Assembly: GCA_937949785.1 (NCBI GenBank)
Contig: CALEDH010000008.1
Span: 5,845-69,844 of the forward strand
Source: an uncultured Sulfolobales archaeon
Lineage (GTDB): Archaea > Thermoproteota > Thermoprotei_A > Sulfolobales > NBVN01
DNA length: 64,000 nucleotides
Reading direction: 5' to 3'
In this document: piece after piece, positions 1 to 9,635 of the stretch
How the letters are laid out: each line of letters starts with the position of its first letter
How positions within the stretch are numbered: position 1 is the first letter of the stretch
Notes under the pieces: generated by a model
Databases searched by the model: none
What the model was told of the DNA's origin: nothing
The model's input: the letters and a program-made list of their open reading frames with translations, nothing else
Position numbers and translations under genes: made by a program

Positions 1-371
1 CCGTTAAGACCGTTAGTAAACTCTCAAAAACGTGTATCGAGAAATTCACACTCTACAGATTCACCCCGCTGAACGGCACGGCATTTGAAGGATTTAGAAG
101 GCCTCCAGCAGCTGTAAATTCCCTACATGCTAGAAAATTATATGAAGTTGTTAGGAAGTATAATACCGAGTTAAAGAGTAGGTTGATTAACGATGTTGTC
201 AAGGCGGTAGTTGTAGGTCGTAGAGGTCCTTACTTAGTAGCTTATCCACTACCGCATGGCCCGGTAATATATTTGAGAGGTCATTCAAGTAGTATTGGGA
301 AGACCGTCTTAGTAAGTGTGGTTAAGGTGTTAAGCGATCGGGAGGTATTAGGGGAGATTAAAACCGGTTAA
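1..371 (+). CDS. 3' end of a radical SAM protein with a probable C-terminal TRAM-like domain (partial, starts before window)
   Basis: Frame is open from base 3 (VKTVSKLSKTCIEKFTLYRFTPLNGTAFEGF...) into ORF 183..371. YRFTPLNGT resembles the FxPxPGT motif of B12-binding/MiaB-like radical SAM enzymes, followed by a beta-rich tail. Confidence 0.6.
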   Translation, partial: VKTVSKLSKTCIEKFTLYRFTPLNGTAFEGFRRPPAAVNSLHARKLYEVVRKYNTELKSRLINDVVKAVVVGRRGPYLVAYPLPHGPVIYLRGHSSSIGKTVLVSVVKVLSDREVLGEIKTG

Positions 372-378
372 CACTACG

Positions 379-1047
379 TTAAATCCTTAACACAGCTATG
401 ACTCTGATGACGTCAGCACTATCCTCACACCTATCGGCGGAGTTTTCAAGTGAGTCTATGATTTCCTTAGAGACTATACATGTTGATATCTCGCTCTGAT
501 TACACGACCTTAAAACCCTATCTAACGCCTTCAACCTTATCTCATCTACTTCCTCCTCAATTCTCTCAATCTCATTAGCTATGCTTAACGCTTTACTAGG
601 TTCTGAGTGTAACATTACCACAGCTTCTTTAAGCAGTTTTATTGCTTGCAGGACTTTCTCGGACATAACTATGGCGTAGAGTTTGACCTCATAATCAACT
701 AATTTAGGGTCTATTAGGGTTGCCCTTCTAGAAGCTGCTTTTATATATGCAGCTATATCATCTACTGCTAATACCAACCTTATTATTTCATCCCTATCTA
801 TGGGGTGTATGAAGCCCTTACTTAGCTCTTCTAATACCTTCCTCTTCACGTTATCAGCCTCCCTCTCATAGTTAAAGATCTCAGAGAAGAACTTCCGAGT
901 TCCCCCTAAGTCATTATCTTTAAAGCATTTGAAGAATTCTAGTGATGATTTGGAGACCTCATATATTAGGTTTAAATGGTTAACTACTGATTGAAGGGCC
1001 TCCCTACCTACGCTAGAACTCACCCAGCGCCACGTAGACGCCATCAT
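379..1047 (-). CDS. DUF47 family PhoU-like phosphate transport regulator
   Basis: EREADxxKR, PIDRDEI and ENSADRCED motifs; directly downstream of a PiT gene. Confidence 0.9.
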   Translation of the reverse strand: MMASTWRWVSSSVGREALQSVVNHLNLIYEVSKSSLEFFKCFKDNDLGGTRKFFSEIFNYEREADNVKRKVLEELSKGFIHPIDRDEIIRLVLAVDDIAAYIKAASRRATLIDPKLVDYEVKLYAIVMSEKVLQAIKLLKEAVVMLHSEPSKALSIANEIERIEEEVDEIRLKALDRVLRSCNQSEISTCIVSKEIIDSLENSADRCEDSADVIRVIAVLRI

Positions 1048-1062
1048 ATCACCAATTCCACG

Positions 1063-2097
1063 CTATACGTTAAGTATATTATGTATCAGAATTCTTAAAC
1101 TTAATGCTATGCCAGCGCTTAACGGCACTGTTAGAAACCATGAAGCAACGATCTTTAGAATAATTAATTTATTAACTGCTCTCAGACCACCTTTAACTAA
1201 GCCGACCCCGATTATAGCCGATACGCTTGAGTGGGTTGTTGATATAGGCATACCGTATCCGAACAGTATGTAGGGTACTGTAGTAAATAGCCAGACAACA
1301 AATGCGTTAGCAAGCTCCCCAGCAACGCCGCTAATCAGATCTAACCTAGTTATCTTAAATGCTACGGTGGTAATAACCTTCCTACCCACTGTAAAACCCC
1401 CTAGGATTATCCCGAAGGCCCCTACGGTAGCAAGCATCACTGCGGTTGCTATATCAACACCTCTTATAGAGGCGTCGCTAAATTTTAAGAACATAACGTA
1501 CACCCCAGTAGCGTTGCCTACGTCATTAGCCCCGAAGCTATAGGCAGAGAACATCAATGCAAATATTAATAAGTATTTAAATATCCTATCTGGAGATATA
1601 CCCTTTCTGGTTAGATAGTTGTACAACCTATTTAAGGCTATGTAGAGTAATGCAGAGATTATTATAGAGCTTAGCGGTGATGTGATCCAACTAGTTATTA
1701 TTCTAAGTACTACTTCGTGTTTGATATTTGCATACCCATACATGAAAACGTATGCTAGGCCTACCCCTAATACACCCCCGACAGCGCTGTGAGTAGTTGA
1801 TATCGGCATACCTAAGAAGCTTGCCATAGTTATCCAAAGCCCTGTTGACAGCGATGCGACCAACGCGTCGTGAAGGCCTCTTAACTCGCTTACACCCCCG
1901 CCGAACGTCTTCATAACCATCCAACCCTGAAGTAGGGAACCTAATGCGACGAAGATTGAGAAAATCATTAACGCCTTCTTAAGACTTAACGCTCCAGCAC
2001 CTACAGCGCATTCTGTAGGGTTGGACGCATCGTTAGCACCTATACACCACGCTATATATACCATCAGCGCAAACCCTAACACTACGCCTATATCCAT
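1063..2097 (-). CDS. pit: Inorganic phosphate transporter, PiT family
   Basis: Two GAND signature motifs and two PISTTH motifs; multi-pass membrane protein. Confidence 0.95.
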   Translation of the reverse strand: MDIGVVLGFALMVYIAWCIGANDASNPTECAVGAGALSLKKALMIFSIFVALGSLLQGWMVMKTFGGGVSELRGLHDALVASLSTGLWITMASFLGMPISTTHSAVGGVLGVGLAYVFMYGYANIKHEVVLRIITSWITSPLSSIIISALLYIALNRLYNYLTRKGISPDRIFKYLLIFALMFSAYSFGANDVGNATGVYVMFLKFSDASIRGVDIATAVMLATVGAFGIILGGFTVGRKVITTVAFKITRLDLISGVAGELANAFVVWLFTTVPYILFGYGMPISTTHSSVSAIIGVGLVKGGLRAVNKLIILKIVASWFLTVPLSAGIALSLRILIHNILNV

Positions 2098-2401
2098 GAC
2101 TCCCCTCTAAACTTGATGTTAATCTTATAAGTTTATTGCGGTTGGAGAACGTATTAAATACTTCACCAATGGCTTCAGAGCAGAAAGACTTAAATAGATG
2201 TGAGTAGCGGGTATGGATGGAGATGATGAAGGGCTTAACATTAAAATACGTTGATGTGATATGTTCTTCGAAGACCGTCCCTCCGCTCTGGAAGTGCGGC
2301 CTTCTATGGGGGATGGGTTGAATGTAAGACTAGGTCTTCAGATGTGGGGAGTTATGAGTTCATCTGAGAGGGGGCGGGAGCTTCAAGGGTCATGTAAGTC
2401 T

Positions 2402-3142
2402 ATGAGAGACCGCATAGCTCATAGTCCATTACCTAAACATAAAATAGGTAAGACCCCTGAGTATAGGGTGGTATACTACTCGGAGGATAGGTGGGGCTTC
2501 CTTAGCACTTTAAGACATAGTGCCGCTAGGCTGATGGAGGTATTAATTAACTGCGGGTTTGACCCAGTGGTCCACGGCTCTCTAGCTAGGGGTGATGTAG
2601 ATGTTAATAGTGATGTAGATATCGTAATACCATATAATATACAGCCGTATGAAGTCGAACTATGCTTGGAGAGGAGTAAGCTAACACCTACTAGTAAATA
2701 TGTAATTCAAGCAACCCCTTCATCATCCCTTAAGGCATACATAGAATTAGACCTTAATGGATTTAAAAACATCTCATTTCCTCTAACACCCTTAACGCCT
2801 AGGGAGTACGAGTTCTACAGGTTTGGCGGCTCAATCAGCTATCAGGACCTAATAAAAAACGTAAGAGTCCCAGGGGTAAATAAGCAGTTAATCCTAGTAA
2901 TACCTACAGAATACGGACATGATGAATACCCCGTAATCGGTTATGAAGGTTATGTGGCTAAGGTTGTGGGAGTTTCCGTTGAAACAGTTAGGGAGAGGGT
3001 TGAAGTTCTAAGTCGGAGGAACCACCTCGGTAGAACAGGTGTTTACTTAAATTACCCTTTAACGATTAACGAGGGTTTTGATGAGGCGCTATCTACGTTG
3101 CTTAAAGGTAGGAAACATAAACGTAGTAACACTAAGCTATGA
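2402..3142 (+). CDS. Archaeal Pol-beta-like nucleotidyltransferase (COG2413-like)
   Basis: HGSLARGDV..SDVDI motif. Start moved from 2261 to ATG 2402 because the upstream 47 codons look non-coding. Confidence 0.8.
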   Translation: MRDRIAHSPLPKHKIGKTPEYRVVYYSEDRWGFLSTLRHSAARLMEVLINCGFDPVVHGSLARGDVDVNSDVDIVIPYNIQPYEVELCLERSKLTPTSKYVIQATPSSSLKAYIELDLNGFKNISFPLTPLTPREYEFYRFGGSISYQDLIKNVRVPGVNKQLILVIPTEYGHDEYPVIGYEGYVAKVVGVSVETVRERVEVLSRRNHLGRTGVYLNYPLTINEGFDEALSTLLKGRKHKRSNTKL

Positions 3143-3169
3143 AGTAACATTATATGCAACATAGTTAGC

Positions 3170-3180
3170 TTTAAATTTAA
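3170..3180 (+). promoter_or_regulatory. TATA box of the SRP RNA gene
   Basis: TTTAAATTTAA about 20-30 nt upstream of the RNA 5' end. Confidence 0.55.
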
Positions 3181-3199
3181 TGATAACCATATAGTTAAT

Positions 3200-3514
3200 G
3201 CGGCACGTAGGTAGGGTTGGGAGGGTCGCCGCCTCCTCACAGCCGAAGGCGTAATGCGGGACCAGTAACCCTGCCAACATCTGAACCGAAGCTACGTATC
3301 CTCCAGGCCAGCGGTGAATACCGCCCTACGGGGTCGGCGGTAGCGGAGGACCCTCTGTAGGGAGGGTCCTAACCGCTTTAGCGGGGGGAACTAGGCCAGG
3401 CCCGGAAGGGAGCAACCTAACCCCTGACGCCGACGTTCGTAGGTCACCGGTAGGAGGACGGACTGGAGTTAATTACGTAGTTTGGTAGGGTGTTGGTGGG
3501 GAGCTACGTGCCGC
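3200..3514 (+). ncRNA. ffs: Archaeal signal recognition particle RNA (7S SRP RNA)
   Basis: Helix 8 motif TAGGCCAGGCCCGGAAGGGAGCAACCTA at 3392-3419; helix 6 with GUAG tetraloop at 3343-3376; terminal helix 1 GCGGCACGTAG (3200-3210) pairs with CTACGTGCCGC (3504-3514); GC-rich, about 315 nt. Confidence 0.95.
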
Positions 3515-3552
3515 TCTACGTTAAGAATCGTAAAGCTTTGTTGGAGGTTATT

Positions 3553-4578
3553 TCATTGTTTAAATCCAGGAGCTTTAACGTTAACCACCTCCTTATTGAC
3601 TAGATTGGGCGGTATCCTACCCTCTGCAAACGCTATTAGGTTTTCAGCGGCTGTTAACGCCATCTCAAATCTAGACTCGTTTGTCGCACTTGCTATATGA
3701 GGTGCTAATACCACGTTCTTAAACATCGTCAGCGGGTGGTTTGATGGTAGTGGTTCTGATTCAAATACGTCTAGTCCTGCACCGGCTAGGCGACCCTCAC
3801 TTAACGCCTTAACTAAGGCGTCAGTATCTACTATAGGTCCTCTAGCCGCGTTTATCAGTATCGCGCCCTTCTTAACGTTTTTAAGTCTTTCCTCATTAAT
3901 TAGGTGGTAGGTCTCCTTAGTTAGGGGGGTATGTATGGTTATTATATCTGATTCCTTAAGCAACACATCTAACTCCCTATACTCTACACCTAATTCCTTA
4001 CAGATGTTTTCAGGGTATTGAACGACGTCGTAGTAGAGCACCTTCATGTTAAATCCTTTAGCCCGCCTAGCAACTGCCCTACCTATAGCTCCTAAACCTA
4101 TTATACCTAATGTTTTACCGTAAATTAAGGTTCCTAAAAACATGAGGGGGTGCCACGACGTCTTATCCCTCTCCCACTCACCCCATCTAACGTAGTTGTC
4201 TGCCTCTACAACTCTTCTAGCGGTGGAGAGAATTAACGCCCATGTGAAGTCTGCTGTTGCCTCGGAAATTATGCCTGGGGCATTAGTGACGTAGATACCG
4301 AGTTTAGTAGCGCATTCTACATCTACGTTATCAAAACCTACTATCATCTGAGACACTATTCTAAGTTTTTTCGCCTCCCTTAATAACTCACAAGTTACAC
4401 TATCGCCAGCCATGGTTAGTAGGGCATCACATTCTCTAGCCTTACTAATTAAAACGTTAGGCGGCGGGTTCGTGAACTTATCCCAGACCTCCACATCATA
4501 GTAACTTTCTAACCTCCTAATAACCTCGTCGAATATCTCCCTAGTTACGAAGAGTTTCGGCTTACTACTCGGTGACAA
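3553..4578 (-). CDS. gyaR: Glyoxylate reductase / D-2-hydroxyacid dehydrogenase
   Basis: GIIGLGAIG Rossmann motif, INAARG, LDVFESEP and PHIAS catalytic motifs. Confidence 0.85.
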   Translation of the reverse strand: MSPSSKPKLFVTREIFDEVIRRLESYYDVEVWDKFTNPPPNVLISKARECDALLTMAGDSVTCELLREAKKLRIVSQMIVGFDNVDVECATKLGIYVTNAPGIISEATADFTWALILSTARRVVEADNYVRWGEWERDKTSWHPLMFLGTLIYGKTLGIIGLGAIGRAVARRAKGFNMKVLYYDVVQYPENICKELGVEYRELDVLLKESDIITIHTPLTKETYHLINEERLKNVKKGAILINAARGPIVDTDALVKALSEGRLAGAGLDVFESEPLPSNHPLTMFKNVVLAPHIASATNESRFEMALTAAENLIAFAEGRIPPNLVNKEVVNVKAPGFKQ

Positions 4579-4620
4579 TAGACGACCACCATTACGATTA
4601 GTATTAGACCACCTTAAAAA

Positions 4621-5607
4621 TTAAGTGGTCTTTAAACCGTCTAAAAATCTTAACCTCTTCGAAGGATCTGGATGGGTTGAGAATATCTCTAATACGGACG
4701 TAGTTTTAGAGTTCTTTATATACTCCACAACCTCATCTATGCTGTAGAACTTCCTATTACCTATACTTAACTCCGGGTCTGAGATTAGAAGTGCTTTAAA
4801 CTTAGATATCTGAGATAGCTCATTAGCACGGACCCTCCTAAGACTGTCTGAAATAACTAATATTCTTGCAAGGGCTCTCTGAAGTTTTAGAGCACCTCCT
4901 GGGATAGTGGTTGCTGCATGGCTATCGGAGTAATATTCCCTTAACCTACTTAAGTGTAATACGATTAAGTTGAATAGAAAACTGACGATGAGTAGGCCGA
5001 AGCCTACGGAAGCTAACAGTATGGGTGAGCCCCTATCATTCCTCCTACCACCTAATGCCCCTGAAATAAACCCATACCTAATAAGGGTATTACCCAACCA
5101 ATATATGAGAGCTGGTAAGATGCTGATCACCATCATTACCTCAACATCTCTATGTTTTATATGGCCTACCTCATGAGCTATGACGGCTTCAACCTCCTCC
5201 TTAGGTAGGTTATTGATTAAACCCCTCGTAACAGCGATTTTATAGCCTGATATTATGTTACCGTATGCGAATGCGTTAGGTACGTTTACATATGCTATCA
5301 TCGCCTTAGGCGTTTTCTTCAAACCACTACTACTAGATATACTCCTCACAACATCAGATATCCATGAATCCTCAGCCCCAGCAGGTCTTACCTTATAAAT
5401 AGTCTCAACTATCTTAGGCCCTAGAAGCCATTGAATAATGTGGATGAGGACTATAAAGGTTAAAGACCCCCAAATAATTAGGTTGACATCTGCTGAGGTG
5501 CCCAGGGCGTAGAACACAGCGGTTAGTATTAACGTGCTTAGACCGATAACTAAGGCCATCACACCGTACATATCTAACCTTAACCTCAACAATGTGGGAG
5601 ATGACAT
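4621..5607 (-). CDS. htpX: Zinc metalloprotease HtpX (M48)
   Basis: PNAFA, HEVGH, SRLREYYSD and STHP motifs; TM helices. Confidence 0.92.
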   Translation of the reverse strand: MSSPTLLRLRLDMYGVMALVIGLSTLILTAVFYALGTSADVNLIIWGSLTFIVLIHIIQWLLGPKIVETIYKVRPAGAEDSWISDVVRSISSSSGLKKTPKAMIAYVNVPNAFAYGNIISGYKIAVTRGLINNLPKEEVEAVIAHEVGHIKHRDVEVMMVISILPALIYWLGNTLIRYGFISGALGGRRNDRGSPILLASVGFGLLIVSFLFNLIVLHLSRLREYYSDSHAATTIPGGALKLQRALARILVISDSLRRVRANELSQISKFKALLISDPELSIGNRKFYSIDEVVEYIKNSKTTSVLEIFSTHPDPSKRLRFLDGLKTT

Positions 5608-5672
5608 CTATCGACACCAATTCCTACTTATCTTAGAAATATTTCGAAATTTAAATACTTATTATTTTGTGA

Positions 5673-6083
5673 TCATGTTAAGAGCGTTAAAACCTCTTCA
5701 ATACCTCCCTGTTTTAAAATCCATGTCCTGACCTCCATACCCACACTATCTACTATTACCCACGGTATAGGCCATAGCTTCATACCGGCTATATCCTTAA
5801 TGCTGGGGTAAGGGGGTGCTGGATGTGAATGTATTAACGCTACAACCTCTAAGTTAAACGTTTTAGCTAACTCGTAGGCTCCTATGATGGCGTATGGGTC
5901 TAACTTAAAAGAAATCGGTGATGAATCTAAGTTATCTCCTACTACTAACTCCTTAACGTAAATGGAATTCCCTGAGGGAATACCTAGTAAAAATCCAGCT
6001 ACTTCAACATCTACAGACCTAACTAAGTAGTTGAAAACATTTATGACTTCCTTAGATATGAAGATCGTAGTCATTCTAAGCAC
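5673..6083 (-). CDS. JAMM/MPN+ (M67) metalloprotease
   Basis: EVAGFLLG plus HSHPAPPYPSIKD, an intact HxHx7SxxD motif. Confidence 0.9.
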   Translation of the reverse strand: MLRMTTIFISKEVINVFNYLVRSVDVEVAGFLLGIPSGNSIYVKELVVGDNLDSSPISFKLDPYAIIGAYELAKTFNLEVVALIHSHPAPPYPSIKDIAGMKLWPIPWVIVDSVGMEVRTWILKQGGIEEVLTLLT

Positions 6084-6122
6084 CTTTACTGACTAGCTGA
6101 TTAGATGGTAAACCTACAATAT

Positions 6123-6371
6123 CTATAATTCTTTAAGGTTTAACGTGATGGCCCTCCTTATATGTGTTGGTAATGCTTTAAACTCTACCTCATCCAGTTT
6201 ATCGATGTCATGGGCCCACTCCTTAACCTCATCACCTTTAAGATACTTAACGGTTAAGTCCTCGTGTACTACTACGTATGTCTTACCTAAATTAGTTCTG
6301 CTAACCTCAACTAAGTATTTCTTAGATCCACTCCTAACCACGAAGGCGTTCTCAACTTTGCTCTTAATCAA
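6123..6371 (-). CDS. Hypothetical protein (82 aa)
   Basis: Typical composition; GGTGG ribosome-binding site upstream; co-oriented with JAMM and htpX. Confidence 0.7.
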   Translation of the reverse strand: MIKSKVENAFVVRSGSKKYLVEVSRTNLGKTYVVVHEDLTVKYLKGDEVKEWAHDIDKLDEVEFKALPTHIRRAITLNLKEL

Positions 6372-6519
6372 CTAAACCACCTAATCGACTTCTTATGACT
6401 ACCTTAATAAGTATTAAGACTTAAGTCATTAAATAGTTAACGTAAGGTGATAACGCCGTATTAAGCGTTAAGTAATTTAACCTCAATCAAAGTTATAATT
6501 ATCTTAGACGTGAGAAGAA

Positions 6520-7215
6520 GTGAGTCTTAAGAGGAAGAGGGTTAAGGCGTATGTAAATGCTTTAAGCGAGTTAATCCTTATGGATAATCCGACTAGGGAG
6601 GCTGCTATTGATATCTTAAAGAACGCCTTAGAGTCAAATGGTGTAGGTCCGTTTAGAGGTATTTCAAGGCCTTCAGACATTTATGAAAAAGAGTTAACCT
6701 CATTATACGTCATTGGTACTAGGGGTTTGAACATTTATGAGGAGTACAGTGATAAACTTAGTAAGGTTTTCTATGTAGAGAGACTGTACGACGATTTACT
6801 GAAAACAGTGGACTCCGGCGATGTAAGTTCGTTAAGGGACTCATTTAAGCAGTTGCTGGGAAGGGATGTAAGTGATTCCGATCTGACGAAGCTTTTAAGA
6901 TTGGTTATAACGCTTTACTACCTTGATTTCGTAAAATCCGACTACGTAGTTTTAGTGTTGAAGAAAATCGTTAATGCCTTCCCAGAATACGTCGATATCG
7001 TGAGGAGGTATGTAAAGTTCTTCATAGCTATTAAGATTTCCTCAGATATTGCTAGTGGCTTAATAAAAAATAAGATGAAGAAAGACCTCACCAAGCAGTT
7101 AGTCTCGCTTGATATTGGTGTATCTAAAGCTGTTCCGTCGGATAGGTATATAGAGGAGATCGCTAAAATACTTTTTAAAATACCGAAGGATGTTATTAGT
7201 AAAGTTCTTAAATGA
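6520..7215 (+). CDS. Crenarchaeal conserved protein, DUF2192-like
   Basis: PFRG...DIYEKELTSLYVIG..GL pattern; overlaps the next gene. Confidence 0.7.
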   Translation: MSLKRKRVKAYVNALSELILMDNPTREAAIDILKNALESNGVGPFRGISRPSDIYEKELTSLYVIGTRGLNIYEEYSDKLSKVFYVERLYDDLLKTVDSGDVSSLRDSFKQLLGRDVSDSDLTKLLRLVITLYYLDFVKSDYVVLVLKKIVNAFPEYVDIVRRYVKFFIAIKISSDIASGLIKNKMKKDLTKQLVSLDIGVSKAVPSDRYIEEIAKILFKIPKDVISKVLK

Positions 7216-8129
7216 AAGGTCTAGTGATAATAATGGTAGAAATGGCTGAACTATCGTTTACACAGAGGGAAATATTACGTGTACTCGTAGAGCTCTATAG
7301 TAGGAGTCAAAAACTGGTTAAAAGTACTGCCATAGCTAACGCGTTAGGTAGGGATGAAGGCACTATAAGGAACGTTATTCTAAATCTTAAGTCATTAGGT
7401 TTTGTGGAGAGTAAGACGGGGCCGGCAGGCGGTTATAAACCAACAGGTAGAGCATATAATTACTTAAGAGCTCTCTCAGATATAGCGCCTGCTTATGCGA
7501 AGATCCGTAAGAATGGTGATGAAGTAAATGTATATGTGGTAGGTGTGGAGTTAATGGACCTCACAAACCAACACTCTACTAAGGCCGTTCTTAAGGTAGC
7601 AGGTGATATAGACCTACTTAAACCTGGTGATTTGATTAAGGCAGGCCCGCTACCAACATATAGGTTAATTCTAAGCGGTGTAGTCCTGCTAGTAGATGCT
7701 TTTAGAAGTGAAATTGTTGTTGAGGTGGAGAGCTTAGTAAGCGTGCCTAAGATAACAGCTAAGACATTAATTGACGGCCGTAAATTACTAACAGTTGATA
7801 ATAACGCGATCATCAATGACATTGCTAAGATATTAAGCGCAGAGAATATTAGGGGATTACCGGTAATGGATAACGGTAAAGGAGAACTACTTGGAATGAT
7901 CACCAGTGCAGACGTCATCAAAGCATACATCAAAAACGATGATAGAGCCCCAGTCTCTAAATACTTAAAGACGGACGTGATTACCGTACAGCCTAATGAA
8001 GAACTTGCAGAAATCATTAATAAGATGATAAAGTACAATACGGGGAGGGTCATAGTAGTCGATGAAGGGAAGCCTGTAGGCATTATAACACGAACTGATA
8101 TCCTTAAAAGAATAGCTGCTTTAAATTAA
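7212..8129 (+). CDS. wHTH plus CBS-pair transcriptional regulator (COG2524-like)
   Basis: N-terminal HrcA-like HTH (GTIRN...LGFVESKTGPAGGY); two C-terminal CBS domains (GMITSAD, GIITRTD). Confidence 0.88.
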   Translation: MKGLVIIMVEMAELSFTQREILRVLVELYSRSQKLVKSTAIANALGRDEGTIRNVILNLKSLGFVESKTGPAGGYKPTGRAYNYLRALSDIAPAYAKIRKNGDEVNVYVVGVELMDLTNQHSTKAVLKVAGDIDLLKPGDLIKAGPLPTYRLILSGVVLLVDAFRSEIVVEVESLVSVPKITAKTLIDGRKLLTVDNNAIINDIAKILSAENIRGLPVMDNGKGELLGMITSADVIKAYIKNDDRAPVSKYLKTDVITVQPNEELAEIINKMIKYNTGRVIVVDEGKPVGIITRTDILKRIAALN

Positions 8130-8623
8130 ATTTAATATCGAAGACAGCGTTTACATAAGTAGTTTTACCGCCTAACTCAGACATGTCCACTAGTAAAGCT
8201 GAACTCCGTATAGCATGGGTATCGTTTCTTCTTAAAGCATGTGGAGGTCTTCACAATCTCTAACGCCCGTTTACCTTAAAGACTACTGACGTAGAGTCCT
8301 AAGTTACGTAGTCCTCGGTTAGTGTGCATAGCTCTTTAGGTTCCTCGTTATGACTAAGGGTGGGGACTCGATAATACTACGGTTTTCAACGTTCTAAGCG
8401 GAGGGAGTGGTCTGGGGTTGAAGGGAATGAAGCGATTGGAAACCTACTGTCCTAACCTAGCGTTAACTTCCATAACGTCAGACCTCCCCATCATGGAGGG
8501 TTTTCACGTAGGTTGATGGAGTCCTCACATCAATTCAGACCTAACCTCACCCCCGTATATAGGGTATGTTCTTAATTTGTCGTAGTTATAAGTTTACGAA
8601 CTAAATGCTAAATAGAAGCGGTT

Positions 8624-9007
8624 TTAAAGCCCTCTACTTGAGATATAGGTAGCCACCATCCTTGACAGACATAGGTAGGTTTCAGGCAGTCTATCCATAA
8701 TAGCTTCTAAGACGTTAAGATCTGTATATTCGTTAGCGCTTAGCTTCCTACCGATGTTTATGATCTCTAAAACGTCCTGAGCTGTTACAGCTCCACATGA
8801 TTTGAGGACATCATCATAACAGGAACCGCTCTCTAAGGCATGGTCGAGGTAACTGCAGAAGTTAATTAAGTCTAGACCTAGAACGATTGTCAAATACCTC
8901 AGCGATAAATCTACACATAAACTGCTACACTCTCTAGAGACCCTAACACTCATAGTTACTAGCTCACCAAACCTAGACAACCACTTCATAAGCCCATCTA
9001 CATCCAT
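8624..9007 (-). CDS. Hypothetical helical protein, possibly a degenerate HepT/DUF86-type HEPN
   Basis: YDDVL...GRKLSANEYTDLN loosely matches the YxDxx...GFRNxLVHxYxDID pattern, but the catalytic His is missing. Confidence 0.5.
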   Translation of the reverse strand: MDVDGLMKWLSRFGELVTMSVRVSRECSSLCVDLSLRYLTIVLGLDLINFCSYLDHALESGSCYDDVLKSCGAVTAQDVLEIINIGRKLSANEYTDLNVLEAIMDRLPETYLCLSRMVATYISSRGL

Positions 9008-9068
9008 AGCCGTACCGAACTCCTATATAAACGGTTTTAACCTTAAATAGTTAAAACACTATGGTAGT

Positions 9069-9377
9069 ATGATGGTCGAGGAGTTAGAGGAGTCGTTAAA
9101 GCTTCTAGGAGCTACGAAAGTCAAGAAGATTAAACAACGTGAATGTACATTACTAGTTGTTGAAATAGAGGGTGAGATATACCTCATATCCCTAGCTAAG
9201 GGAGGTATGACAGATAACTACGTATGTAAGATAGTACCGTCGACGAAGGTTTCGAACTGGTCCTGTACTGACTTAGAATACAGTCCCTACGGCTTATATG
9301 TATTGGCAAATAACGTTAACGCTCTGGTAAGTAAGGTCGTTAATAAATTACAGCTACTCATGTTATCTCCCCGCTAA
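9069..9377 (+). CDS. Hypothetical protein (102 aa)
   Basis: ORF with normal codon usage, divergent from the previous gene across an AT-rich spacer. Confidence 0.7.
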   Translation: MMVEELEESLKLLGATKVKKIKQRECTLLVVEIEGEIYLISLAKGGMTDNYVCKIVPSTKVSNWSCTDLEYSPYGLYVLANNVNALVSKVVNKLQLLMLSPR

Positions 9378-9635
9378 ATACCTCCGAATAATATGTTAAA
9401 AAGCTCCGTACAGTCTGTGGAGGTAGTGCTACGTAATGAAGAGGTAGCAGTCACCACACTCTCAGAACCCAATCACGATTTGTAGGTGTATCGAAGCTCA
9501 TGTATTCTTAATCATCGATGATGGCTAAGGAACGATTAATTTTTACTTGGCCTACAGTCTCAATGATTGCAAGATTTTAATTTCTATAATATATATTTAT
9601 TTTAGTTTAGTGTTATTTTAGGGTGGTAGTTCTAA

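Noticed and set aside
2261-2401. 47-aa N-terminal extension of the nucleotidyltransferase
   Set aside because: Atypical composition and overlap with a structured region; ATG 2402 is the more plausible start.
3052-3700. ORFs 3052..3240(-) and 3482..3700(+)
   Set aside because: They overlap the SRP RNA and the ends of real genes, and have no protein-like features.
9378-9635. Possible C/D sRNAs upstream of pgk (also at about 35770-35830)
   Set aside because: Only isolated box-like words, without canonical C-D'-C'-D spacing.
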